From contig CBDAUH010000003.1 in assembly GCA_965200395.1 (NCBI GenBank), positions 874,398 to 938,397 of the forward strand: 64,000 nt of DNA. Direction: 5' to 3'. The first letter of the stretch is position 1; each line of letters begins with the position of its first letter. Under the pieces are notes generated by a model. That model did no database searches. It saw nothing but the letters and a program-made list of their open reading frames with translations, and was not told the origin of the DNA. This stretch comes from Candidatus Poribacteria bacterium (GTDB lineage: Bacteria > Poribacteria > WGA-4E > WGA-3G). This document shows positions 37,486 through 47,479 of this stretch, piece after piece. Made by a program: the position numbers and the translations under genes.

Positions 37486-40014
37486 CTAAAAATCCAAGCT
37501 CACGCCCACCATAATCAAGCGTGGGGAACTCCATGAGGCGGGACTGGAATGCTTCTGCGCAGTTAATGGAATACCATAGCGATCATACGTAACAGCGTCA
37601 AGTATGTTATCAAGGTTTTTCGTGTTAAAGATATTCCGAATATCTGCAAAGAGGGTGTATGTTATCCCACCAACCTGACTCCGTTTGCTAACGAGGGCGT
37701 CGACGTTGTAAGTTGCTGGATAACGTTTTGAGTTGATAGCAGGTTTGACCGGTGCTCTGGGATTGGGTGTGTAGGGTAAACCGCTGGCATATCTACCGAC
37801 AAAGTTAACAGCGGAAGCAAAGGGCAATTGAATGTCCAACGCTGCGGAAACAATATGGCGTTGATCCCAAGACAACGGATGACTTTCGGTTACTTCAGGT
37901 TGCTGGCGGTAATAAAGCAGGTATCCTAGGTTTCGACTGGAACCTTTACCTTTTGCCACAGAATAGGTATAGCTCAGCATGCCAGAGACTGGACTTCTAC
38001 CTGTTCGCCATTTTCGGATGGTAAGTTCAAATCCTTGAACGCGTCCATAAATGTCATTGAAGAAGTAACTATAATCGTTGGATATATCTACATGGATACT
38101 ATTGACAAGGTTTTCTATGTCTTTGGTAAATCCTGTTATGTCGATTGTTAAATCATCTGTGAATTGCTGGATAACCCCGACTTCATAAGCGATAGTTTTC
38201 TCAGGTTCCAAATCAGGATTACCTCTTCTACGGATTGCGCCCCGCATATCAAAGCTCAGGTTTTCGTACAGGTCATCACCGCGTGGGATTTGGTAGTAAT
38301 GTCCGTAAGTAAAATGCAATTTTGCCCTTTCTGTAATTGGGAACGAGATACCGAGCCGGGGTGCTATCATGTGTTTCGTTGATGCGTCAACAGGATTCTT
38401 GATAATCGGCAACCCGACTGAATACGTATCATAATCCAGTTTGATCGTTCCATCATCCTCGTTTAGGACGAGTGGATCTTCCGGTTTTTGGGGCGAGATA
38501 CCGTCTGGATTATACATGTCATACCGCAACCCAGCATTGACAATCATACCTTCATATTCCATTTTATCTTGGGCATATAGACTGAGGGATGTAGGTGTAA
38601 CATCGTAATACTCCATATAGAGGTTTGAACTGCCATAATTCGTAGTGCCTAGATTATAGAGATGGTTCGCTGAAAATTCAATACCTGTCTGGATTTGATG
38701 ATTTTCCGTAACTTGACTTGCAAAAACTCCTTTGAGAATTGATGTTGTGGAATTGCGGGTGACCCAGAAGTTGTTATCACCAGCGACATCATAGGTTGTG
38801 TCGTTGTATGCTTGCTGTGCAGGGTTTCTAATTCTACCTTCTTCCTGATTAAGCTCGAAGGATTTTTCGGGATCGTATGCGTTTTCTTCGAATGTTTTGT
38901 TCAATGGATCCCACAGTTTATCCGGTTGGTGACTATCGTAAGAACGGTGAAATTGCCCAAGTGTTAAGGTATAAAATGTTCCGGAGTTGATATTGTGTGA
39001 GAGCTGAACGGAAAGACTTCGGCCATCTCTGTTGTCCACCTCAATTGCATTGGGGATGAAACGTAGACTTCCGCCAGCGTTGCTAAATTCCCGTATATCG
39101 TAAAGTCCACTTGCAGTGAGTTTAATTTGTGGTGTCACTTCAAACTTGAGTTTACCTTGTAGTGTGTGTCCGCCGCTATTACTATTAGGCAGATAACTTT
39201 CATCTCTGCGCAACTGACTGGCGAAGGAGAATGTCAACCGATTACCTAATATTGGTCCGCTCAGTGCGAACTCTCCGATATGGCTTGGAGATAATCCGTA
39301 TTTTTTTGTATCGTTGAATAATCCGCTATATTGCTCTAGATCCACGGTGTAACCGTCTATCAGGGTGACCTGTTTTTTCTCGTAGTCAATTACGGTGCCA
39401 TCTGCGTCCATGAATGGTTGGCGTTCCATAATCACTTCACCTGTTTCTGGATTCACCTTGTTTTCGCCTGTTTCGGGATCAATTACTGGTTGCAATGGAT
39501 TTTCGGTTCTATCGGCATATACACCGGGAAATATTTCTGTAAAGACGATCTTATCATCACCTTCTTGATTTGCCAATTCACCAACTGTGGTAGGGTTTCC
39601 GCGGTAAGGGGTTTGATAATCGTAGGGTTTTCCGATAAATATACCTCTGAAGGGTTCAAGTGCTACTGGTCGGAAACCGTTGTCTGGGTCTAGCCAAGAT
39701 CCATAATAGGGGTCACCGTGGTGTTGTCCCCATTGGCCGACCCGGTATCTGATTCTTCCAGAAAATTTTTGTGTGCCAGCTTTTGTAATGAGATTAATGA
39801 CGCCAGATTGTGCGTCGCCGTGTTCTGCGTTGAAACCGCCGGTGATAACCTCCATCTGTTCAAGTGCGTTTGTACTAATTTGTAATCCCATGCCTCTGAA
39901 GATTGGGTCATTCACTGGGATGCCATCGATGAGATATTTAATCTCCATTGATCTACCCCCGCGAATGTGTAGCGAACCACTTGAATTAAGTACTGCAACA
40001 CCGGGTTGGGTTTG
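37486..40014 (-). pseudogene. TonB-dependent receptor, C-terminal plug plus barrel portion; gene interrupted by ISAs1
   Basis: Frame upstream of the M reads QTQPGVAVLNSSGSLHIRGGRSMEIKYLIDGIPVND (plug motifs). C-terminus ...LIMVGVSLDF. The N-terminal part of the gene lies at 41337-41822. Confidence 0.7.
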
Positions 40015-41336
40015 GTAGGGTTATTTAGTTTTATGTATTTTAGTTGTTTTTTATCACAATCGTTAATATTTTAGGATGTGCAGATATACCGTGATTTTTC
40101 ACGCTATATCTGCTATACTTCACCTTAAAAACTTACGATCTTTTGAGGTGAAGAATGACAAGAAAAAAGTCCTGCCACTTAATGGATATGTTAGCAGAAC
40201 TTACAGACCCACGCAAGGAAAAAGGGAAACGACACCCGTTGAAAGCAATCCTCGCACTTTTAGTCGTTGGATTGATGTGCGGGCATAAAGGGTATACATC
40301 CATCGCTACCTGGGCACGCTCACAGCCCGCACTCACAAAAGCACTCGGGTTCACACATCACAAAACGCCTTGTGCCGCAACTATCCATAATCTGTTGAAA
40401 AAGTTGGACGTTGAAGCATTAGAAAACATCCTGTCAAAATGGGTAAACGCCGCATTAGCAGAGTGCCCTGATTTGCGGGGGTGTTCCGACGCAGTCGCTA
40501 TAGATGGCAAAACACTGCGTGCGTCTAAAAAAAGTGGTGCGATGATCAGCCATTTACTCTCCGTCGTCTCTCATGAGTTAGGGATCACCCTCACGCAGCG
40601 AGGTGTCAGCGACAAAACCAATGAAATACCGGTATCAACGGAAATCCTCAAAGCGTTTGATGTAGCAGGCAAAGTTATCACAACGGATGCCCTTTTGACA
40701 CAACGCTCTTTCTGCCACGGAATCATAAACAGCGGGGGCGACTATATGCTGCCTGTTAAAGGCAATCAACCGGACCTGTTAGAAGCGATTGAAAAACTTT
40801 TTCAAGGCGTGCCTGACGCGGTTTCTGAAGACACAACACACCCTACTTTAGGGAAACCGATATACATGCATGAGACGATTGAAAAGTCGCATGGCAGACT
40901 TGAGACGCGATGTATCAAGGCAAGCACAAGTCTCAACGCATATCTGGATTGGCCGGGCGTAGCACAAGTGATCCAATATTGCTATACTTCCAAAAATATG
41001 AAGACAGGAGAAGAGACAACCCGCACTACCTATGGGATTACGAGCCTGAAACCGAGTGAGGCATCCGCAGAACGCTTACTTGCTTTACGGAGAGGCCATT
41101 GGGCAATAGAGAACAAGTCGCATTGGATGCGCGATGTGCTACTCGGCGAGGACGCATCACCTGTCAGATGCGGGGCTATTCCACAAGTCATGGCCGCTTT
41201 ACGAAATACCGCATTATCCGTATTCCGTTTTCAAGGCATAACACGGATCGCTGATAAAATAAAGGAATATGCATCAAAACCTTTACTCACAGTTAACTTG
41301 ATAAAATGAATATCTATAAAACTAAATAACCCTATG
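40015..41336 (+). mobile_element. ISAs1-family insertion sequence with 8-9 bp target-site duplication
   Basis: Inverted repeats TAGGGTTATTTAGTTTTAT at 40015-40033 and ATAAAACTAAATAACCCTAT at 41317-41336, flanked by direct repeats TGGGTTTGG. Confidence 0.75.
40155..41309 (+). CDS. ISAs1-family transposase
   Basis: C-terminal HWAIENKSHWMRDVLLGEDASPVR is the ISAs1/H-repeat signature. Confidence 0.8.
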   Translation: MTRKKSCHLMDMLAELTDPRKEKGKRHPLKAILALLVVGLMCGHKGYTSIATWARSQPALTKALGFTHHKTPCAATIHNLLKKLDVEALENILSKWVNAALAECPDLRGCSDAVAIDGKTLRASKKSGAMISHLLSVVSHELGITLTQRGVSDKTNEIPVSTEILKAFDVAGKVITTDALLTQRSFCHGIINSGGDYMLPVKGNQPDLLEAIEKLFQGVPDAVSEDTTHPTLGKPIYMHETIEKSHGRLETRCIKASTSLNAYLDWPGVAQVIQYCYTSKNMKTGEETTRTTYGITSLKPSEASAERLLALRRGHWAIENKSHWMRDVLLGEDASPVRCGAIPQVMAALRNTALSVFRFQGITRIADKIKEYASKPLLTVNLIK

Positions 41337-41822
41337 GGTTTGGAGAATGCCATTGACGGTATCGCGTGGCATGGAGGCAATTTCATCCGCTTCAATTATA
41401 CGTGTGGTTTGTGTTACATCCTTTTTAATCAGGGGTTTGGTCGCTGTCACCGTTACACCTTCAAGTTCTACTATCTCTGTCGCTTCCAATGTAAAGTTGA
41501 TGGTTGTGGTGAGGCCAGCAAATACTGTTGTCGATGCGATGGTTTTGGGAAGGTATCCTGGCAATTCAGCGCGAACATCATATCCGCCCGGATCTATATT
41601 TGTCATGACATAGTAGCCAGATTCGTTTGTTGTCGTGGATGTGCTTGTGTCGACGATTGAAATCTTGACATTCGCTAATGGTTGTTTTGATGCTTCAGCG
41701 GTGACAGTACCGGAGATTTTACCGATTGTGGCTGCATCAGTCATTTGAACGTTGAAGATTACAAATAATGTGAAAATACTCAGGGTGGAAAGAGCTATTT
41801 TAGAGATATTATTTACTTTCAA
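41337..41822 (-). pseudogene. TonB-dependent receptor N-terminal fragment (signal peptide, carboxypeptidase-regulatory-like domain, start of plug)
   Basis: Ends ...ASMPRDTVNGILQT and then reads into the IS inverted repeat. Continuity with the 37486-40014 fragment: ...ILQT | QPGVAV... Confidence 0.7.
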
Positions 41823-41883
41823 TGGATGACTCCTTTTCTTCTGTAGCCCATGGCTTAAGTGTGCTGAAGTTATTAATCGGATT

Positions 41884-42669
41884 TCACACTTTTAATACAC
41901 TTTCGATGAATTTCAGACTTTTTAGACTACGTTCCGTATGGTATTGGATAAAACTGCCGAGTATGAGTTTTAGTTCGCGATGGTTACGTTCAGATGCGCG
42001 AATTCTACTCAATTTACTGAACTCTGATTTCCGTAAGTTCTTTAGCAATTCACAGCTCCCAGGCGCAATTGAAAACGCTGAGGTATCTCTGTGTTGACAC
42101 CTTCCACAAAGCAAACCGCCATGTTGAACGCTGAAAAGCATCACCAACACAAGACTTTGTGAATTTTGGAGAGGGGATGGTGTCACGATTGAACCACAAT
42201 TTGCACACTGAGAAAGTTGTGGTGCGTAACCTACAAGGTCAAGAAACTTTATTTCAAAGGCACGAGCGAGTAGTGGTACGTCGTCAGTATCTGCTAAGAA
42301 ATAGTAAGTACTTCGTAAGAGTTCGAAAACTTTGGGATTAGCGTCGCCTTCTGATGCGATAGCGTCGACTAATTCTGCTAAATAACAACCGTAGGTTATC
42401 CGCGTGAGATCTGTGCGGATGCCATCAAATCCTTCGATGAGGTCAAAACCTGTAAGGCTCTGTAAGTCTTTATTTTCGCGATAGTTAAAAAGCAGCATGC
42501 CGTGGTTGAGTAGTTCTAGACTACCGCTCAATTTACTTTTAGGGCTCTTTACGCCGTAAGCCACAGCTTTAACTTTTCCATAATCAGGTGTATAGAAGGT
42601 GATGATTTTGTGTGCTTCGCGCAGTGGAAAGGCACGAATTACAATTGCTTGCGTTTTTTGAGCGGGCAT
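41884..42669 (-). CDS. recO: DNA repair protein RecO
   Basis: RecO-like OB-fold N-terminus with C-terminal CANCGS...CGRC zinc motif. Confidence 0.75.
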   Translation of the reverse strand: MPAQKTQAIVIRAFPLREAHKIITFYTPDYGKVKAVAYGVKSPKSKLSGSLELLNHGMLLFNYRENKDLQSLTGFDLIEGFDGIRTDLTRITYGCYLAELVDAIASEGDANPKVFELLRSTYYFLADTDDVPLLARAFEIKFLDLVGYAPQLSQCANCGSIVTPSPLQNSQSLVLVMLFSVQHGGLLCGRCQHRDTSAFSIAPGSCELLKNLRKSEFSKLSRIRASERNHRELKLILGSFIQYHTERSLKSLKFIESVLKV

Positions 42670-42703
42670 AATTTATACCGATATGATAGGAGGTGGGACA
42701 AAA

Positions 42704-42778
<75 letters not shown>

Positions 42779-42788
42779 TTTTGCTTTA

Positions 42789-42818
42789 ATTATACCCACT
42801 CGTATCATCTTTGTCAAA
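42789..42818 (-). promoter_or_regulatory. Consensus sigma70 promoter for tRNA-Pro
   Basis: Minus strand reads TTGACA-17 nt-TATAAT, ending about 10 nt before the tRNA 5' end. Confidence 0.6.
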
Positions 42819-42832
42819 TTTTTAACTTATTT

Positions 42833-44101
42833 TCAATCAACATCCTCGGTTGCATTTTTCGGCATCTGAATTTGAATGCGATGGATCCTACGGTCGTCAG
42901 CTTCTAATATCGTAAATTCGATGTGATGGTATGTGAAAACAGCATCCACTTCAGGAACGCGTCCCATGTGGTCAACAACAAATCCGCCGATGGTGTCTAT
43001 ATTTTCTGCATCAAGTTCTGTCTCAAGTTTTTCATTTAATTCAGCAAGGTTCAATCTGGCATCGACGGAATAGCTGTTTGTATCTATTTGAATGAAGGCA
43101 TCCTGTTCATCTGCTTCATCTTCGTCATGAATTTCTCCGACGATTTCTTCGATTATGTTTTCAAGTGTTATAATCCCTGCTGTGCCTCCGTATTCATCTA
43201 CGACGATGGAGATGTGTTGTTTATGTTCTCTGAGCTCTCGAAATAGGTCAGATATCTTTTTACTTTCTGGTGTGAAAAAGGCGGGGCGACCGACTATCAG
43301 TTCACGGAGGTTAATCGGTTTGTTTTCTGCCCAACAATCCAACATATCCTTTACGTGTAAAATACCGACGATGTTATCGATTGTTTCTTCGTATATGGGG
43401 ATTCGCGTGTGCCTACATGCGATTGTGGTTTGTAGTACTTCATCAGCAGGCGTTCCGACTTCGAGCCATACCACATCGGTTCGAGCGACCATTATTTCTC
43501 TTGCGACTTTATCGGGTAAGTCTAAAATCCGAGAGATCATTTCCCGGTCATCTGGTTCTAAAATATCTCGGATGTCGGCAACATTATCAAGTGTTTCTAA
43601 TACCTCTGGAGAAACAAGACTATCCTGGGCAGACGTAATCTTACCACCGCAAATACGTACGATAAGATTTACAAGAAAATTCAAGGGGATTAAAATTAGA
43701 AAACCACCCCAATAGATTATGCGTAAGGCACGTAGCGCGTGGATAGCTGTTCCGCTGGGACTATTTTGGACATAGTTTTTAGGAAACAGTTCTGTGAAAA
43801 CGACAAGGCACAGCGCGGCGAGCCCACCGCTCAGTATGCGGTTGTTCCAAAATGTCGTAAACAAGACAACGCATGCTGTTATCAGGAGAATCTTAACTGT
43901 GATAATGGTTAACGAGTAGCGTCTCGGATGGCGTAAGAGTGAGGTTAGCACCTCATAACGTTTACCACCTTCCTCTGCAAATTCGAGAATATCTGTCTTC
44001 GTCAACCGTGCAAGCAATGCCTCTGCTGCTGAGAATAATGCATTAAGGATTAACAGAATTCCTAATAGAACTAATTTTATAACTATATGTAGGTCATCCA
44101 A
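42833..44101 (-). CDS. corC: CNNM/CorC/HlyC-family transporter (DUF21-CBS-CorC)
   Basis: N-terminal TM helices, CBS-pair region and C-terminal CorC_HlyC-like domain. TTG start at 44099-44101 with a GGAGGTG ribosome-binding site. Confidence 0.7.
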   Translation of the reverse strand: MDDLHIVIKLVLLGILLILNALFSAAEALLARLTKTDILEFAEEGGKRYEVLTSLLRHPRRYSLTIITVKILLITACVVLFTTFWNNRILSGGLAALCLVVFTELFPKNYVQNSPSGTAIHALRALRIIYWGGFLILIPLNFLVNLIVRICGGKITSAQDSLVSPEVLETLDNVADIRDILEPDDREMISRILDLPDKVAREIMVARTDVVWLEVGTPADEVLQTTIACRHTRIPIYEETIDNIVGILHVKDMLDCWAENKPINLRELIVGRPAFFTPESKKISDLFRELREHKQHISIVVDEYGGTAGIITLENIIEEIVGEIHDEDEADEQDAFIQIDTNSYSVDARLNLAELNEKLETELDAENIDTIGGFVVDHMGRVPEVDAVFTYHHIEFTILEADDRRIHRIQIQMPKNATEDVD

Positions 44102-44146
44102 GCCTAAAATAACACCTCCGTAGTATTTCTTGTATTGTTTCTATTT

Positions 44147-45562
44147 ACATATACTATAGTTTGGACATTTTGGGACATTCAGGCTGCGTTGTCCGCAGGC
44201 AATGCTGTCTCTTTGTGAAAATCGGTGTGTATTTTCTGTGAGTTTGTTTTTTCAGAGTAAATCGCAGAAAATACCGCTCTGTAGAGCTGCCAGCGGAGAT
44301 AAACTACACGCAACCCTTGTGTGAGACGCTTCGGATGATACCAATGGATGCCCAACTGATCACAAACTACCTGAGCACTTATCTCCTCCGCCGTCCCATC
44401 CCGTGGGGTGAATAGCAACTTCGTCAGACTTGCTGCAACGAAACTCAATTGCACAAACCGATTGATGCTTTTGCGGGATTTCAGGCGATAGTCATCAAAA
44501 CCGAAGTGTTGCTTCGCATCCCGAAAAGCCGTCTCTATGTGCCATCTCTTGCGATAATATATAGCGATCTGTGGTATCCCAATCGTCAAATCTGTTGTCC
44601 ATACACAGAAATACCGATAAGGTTTCGAGGTTTTCGGGCGACTTCGGATAACAACGAGGCGAATATCAGCATCGCACATCTTCGTTCTCACGACTTTGGA
44701 GGCGATTGAATACTTTTGGCCTTCTATATCCATAAGCGTATACCGCATCCTGCGAATATCCAAGCGGTCTCCATATTTTCGCGGACGGCCACGCTGGCGA
44801 TGTTTCGGCTGTTCCGGTAAACGATAGAAGACGGCATTAGACTTCGCACGACACAAGATATGATGTCCATAACTTTGAACCAGCGTAAACACTTTTCGCC
44901 TTGAGAACCCACGATCAAAAATAATAAGACCCGGAGCGATCTGGGAACAGATGCGTTTCAACACCGCATCGCTTTTATCACGGCACGTCTGCGGCACCAT
45001 CAGTCTCGCCCATACGGGGAATAGCTGCCAACCTATAGATGTTTGGCAAAGTAAACCTAAGGCACCAAACTCGTGTCCATAATGGAACTTGGATCGGTTC
45101 ACGCGACCCTTTTGATAACTGAAGTTGCGGAAAAAATGCAACCCCCACTGGCGTTCACCTGTTTTTATGGCTTTGGTCTCATCATACACATAAACCCAGT
45201 TAGGAAATGCTTGCTGAACCTTTTTTGTCAGGTGTCCTGCGACTTTATCCGCATCCCATTTACCACGCGATAGAAACTTTGGAAAAGACCAGTATCGCGT
45301 CTGTGAAAAACCTGATTGATAAAGTTCCGTTAGCGTGCCACTATTTCCATCTGCGATAAATCCGAAAATAAACGCTTGGAAAAGAGCATAGTTTTGTGTG
45401 TTGAACAGATACTGAAAATCTGATAGAATGTCGTCTAAGCAGAAAAGGAGGTTCATTTTTTATTCTCCTTTCAAAAAATATATTTGTTTATGAAAGGATA
45501 CCTGCTTTTCTGTTTTTTCGCACTAAAAATTTCTAAAATTGTCCAAACTATAGTTACATATA
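44147..45562 (-). mobile_element. IS4-superfamily insertion sequence, copy 1, inserted at the 3' end of ybeY
   Basis: Inverted repeats acatatactatagtttggacatttt at 44147-44171 and aaaattgtccaaactatagttacatat at 45536-45562; internal DDE transposase ORF. Confidence 0.7.
44179..45456 (-). CDS. IS4-superfamily DDE transposase
   Basis: RWHIETAFRDAKQHFGFDDYRLKS; paralog of 52530-53762. Confidence 0.75.
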   Translation of the reverse strand: MNLLFCLDDILSDFQYLFNTQNYALFQAFIFGFIADGNSGTLTELYQSGFSQTRYWSFPKFLSRGKWDADKVAGHLTKKVQQAFPNWVYVYDETKAIKTGERQWGLHFFRNFSYQKGRVNRSKFHYGHEFGALGLLCQTSIGWQLFPVWARLMVPQTCRDKSDAVLKRICSQIAPGLIIFDRGFSRRKVFTLVQSYGHHILCRAKSNAVFYRLPEQPKHRQRGRPRKYGDRLDIRRMRYTLMDIEGQKYSIASKVVRTKMCDADIRLVVIRSRPKTSKPYRYFCVWTTDLTIGIPQIAIYYRKRWHIETAFRDAKQHFGFDDYRLKSRKSINRFVQLSFVAASLTKLLFTPRDGTAEEISAQVVCDQLGIHWYHPKRLTQGLRVVYLRWQLYRAVFSAIYSEKTNSQKIHTDFHKETALPADNAA

Positions 45563-45986
45563 GGCGTTGCAGAATAATGTTCTGTTTTTCGAACATTATA
45601 GAGGCTTCATTTTGGGTTTGATGGTCATATCCGAGCAAATGAAGTACACCGTGGACTGTAAGAAACGTTACTTCTTCTTCAAGCGTATGGGTTTCTTGTG
45701 TTGCTTGGCGTTCTGCTGTTTCCATTGAGATGACAACATCACCAAGGATACGAGTGTTAGCGAGATTGTTATCCTCACCTTCTTGCATAGCAAATGCCAG
45801 GACATCTGTCGGTGCATCTATCTCTCTATATTCACGATTGAGTTGTGTCATGTGGGGGTCGTCTGTCAATAGAACGCTAACCTCACAATCTTCGGAATTG
45901 TGTGCTATCAGCGTTTCTGACACTGCCCGTTCGATTTTTTCTACATCAAATGTTGTTTTGCTGCTGATATTAGTGATGTCGGTCAA
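45471..45986 (-). CDS. ybeY: Endoribonuclease YbeY; last ~30 codons derive from the IS end
   Basis: HGVLHLLGYDH zinc-binding motif. TTG start at 45986. Confidence 0.7.
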   Translation of the reverse strand: MTDITNISSKTTFDVEKIERAVSETLIAHNSEDCEVSVLLTDDPHMTQLNREYREIDAPTDVLAFAMQEGEDNNLANTRILGDVVISMETAERQATQETHTLEEEVTFLTVHGVLHLLGYDHQTQNEASIMFEKQNIILQRLYVTIVWTILEIFSAKKQKSRYPFINKYIF

Positions 45987-45990
45987 ACCT

Positions 45991-46998
45991 TTATTCCTCG
46001 TTATTTTCTGTTTCTGTTAATATCTGTTTAGTCTGTGGATGGGGTGACCGTTCGTAAGCTTCAATGATTCGTTGTACTAGTTCATGTCGGACAACATCTA
46101 TTTTGGAGAAGTATATGAACTCAATTCCTTTGATACCGTGAAGTACCTTTTGTGCGTCAGCGAGTCCGGAAACTTTGTGTGTAGGCAGATCTGTTTGGGT
46201 TATGTCGCCAGTAATGACGGCTTTTGAATCGAACCCGAGTCGTGTCAGGAACATTTTCATCTGTTCGATAGTAGCATTTTGTGCTTCGTCGAGGACGACA
46301 AAGGAGTTATTGAGTGTTCTCCCGCGCATGAATGCGATGGGTGCTACTTCAATAATATTCTGTTCGATGTATTTGTCAAGTGTATCAGGTGGCATCATAT
46401 CGTACAACGCGTCGTATAGGGGTCGTAAATATGGATGTACCTTGGCTGCGATATCGCCGGGTAAAAATCCGAGTCGTTCACCTGCTTCAACGGCAGGTCG
46501 GGTCAAGATGATACGGCTCACTTGTCCGTTTTTAAGAGCGGAAACGGCCATTGCCATGGCAAGGTATGTTTTGCCTGTTCCCGCTGGGCCGATACCGAAG
46601 ACGAGGTCATTGTGTTTGATTGCTTGGACGTATCGTTTTTGTCCGGCTGTTTTCGGGCGAATGACACCACGTTTAGAAAACACAGGTATGGATTCTGCGG
46701 GACTGTGATTGTCAACGTTGGGTTCATCTGCTTCCGATGCCCGGATTTCGTAGTTAACATCGGTTGCCTCGATTCGTTCCCCTTTACGGATGCGGTGAAG
46801 TAGCGATTCCAACACTGTAACAACTTTATTGACCTTTTTTTGGTTTTCACCAAGGACAGCGATACTATCACTTTTCAAAACAACGCGTACATCAAAATCA
46901 TCTTCAATCATTTTTAAGAAGGCATCACTTTGTCCGAAAAGGACTTGTACCTCAGCGTTGTTTTGTATAGGAACACCCTTGAATGTCTGTTTTTCCAA
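45991..46998 (-). CDS. phoH: PhoH-like ATPase
   Basis: GPAGTGKTYLAMA Walker A with PhoH-like sequence. TTG start at 46998 with a GGAGGA ribosome-binding site. Confidence 0.8.
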   Translation of the reverse strand: MEKQTFKGVPIQNNAEVQVLFGQSDAFLKMIEDDFDVRVVLKSDSIAVLGENQKKVNKVVTVLESLLHRIRKGERIEATDVNYEIRASEADEPNVDNHSPAESIPVFSKRGVIRPKTAGQKRYVQAIKHNDLVFGIGPAGTGKTYLAMAMAVSALKNGQVSRIILTRPAVEAGERLGFLPGDIAAKVHPYLRPLYDALYDMMPPDTLDKYIEQNIIEVAPIAFMRGRTLNNSFVVLDEAQNATIEQMKMFLTRLGFDSKAVITGDITQTDLPTHKVSGLADAQKVLHGIKGIEFIYFSKIDVVRHELVQRIIEAYERSPHPQTKQILTETENNEE

Positions 46999-47479
46999 TC
47001 GGGTTTTGATCCTCCAAGAAAGCTATGTGTTAAACTTAACACCTGGCATACAAACGGTAGGTGCGCTTTGTAAGCGAGTTCCATGAAGATTATTTGCTAA
47101 GCTTAACACGGTTTGTAGAAAGCGTCAAACGAAAATACATAGGTTAATGCAAAACCGCATCCAACAATGTTTCTCTGGAGTTGGTACGATTTTTTTTATT
47201 ATATAACAACGTTGAACATAATTCAAGCAAATTCTCTCATGCATATATTTTTCTTACATAACATGGATATGTGCCTCAAAACGAAAAGGGACGTTATATA
47301 TTGTAGAACGAGGATTAGATAATTGACTGCAGGCGTTATTATCATAATAATGGAATTATATATCAATGTTTAGGGTATTGTCAAGACGATACTAGTGAAA
47401 GATTGGGTTGAAATCTGCAAATGAATATGATAAACTTATAGATAGGATTAACCGAATTCCTGATCTATAAAGAGGCAAT

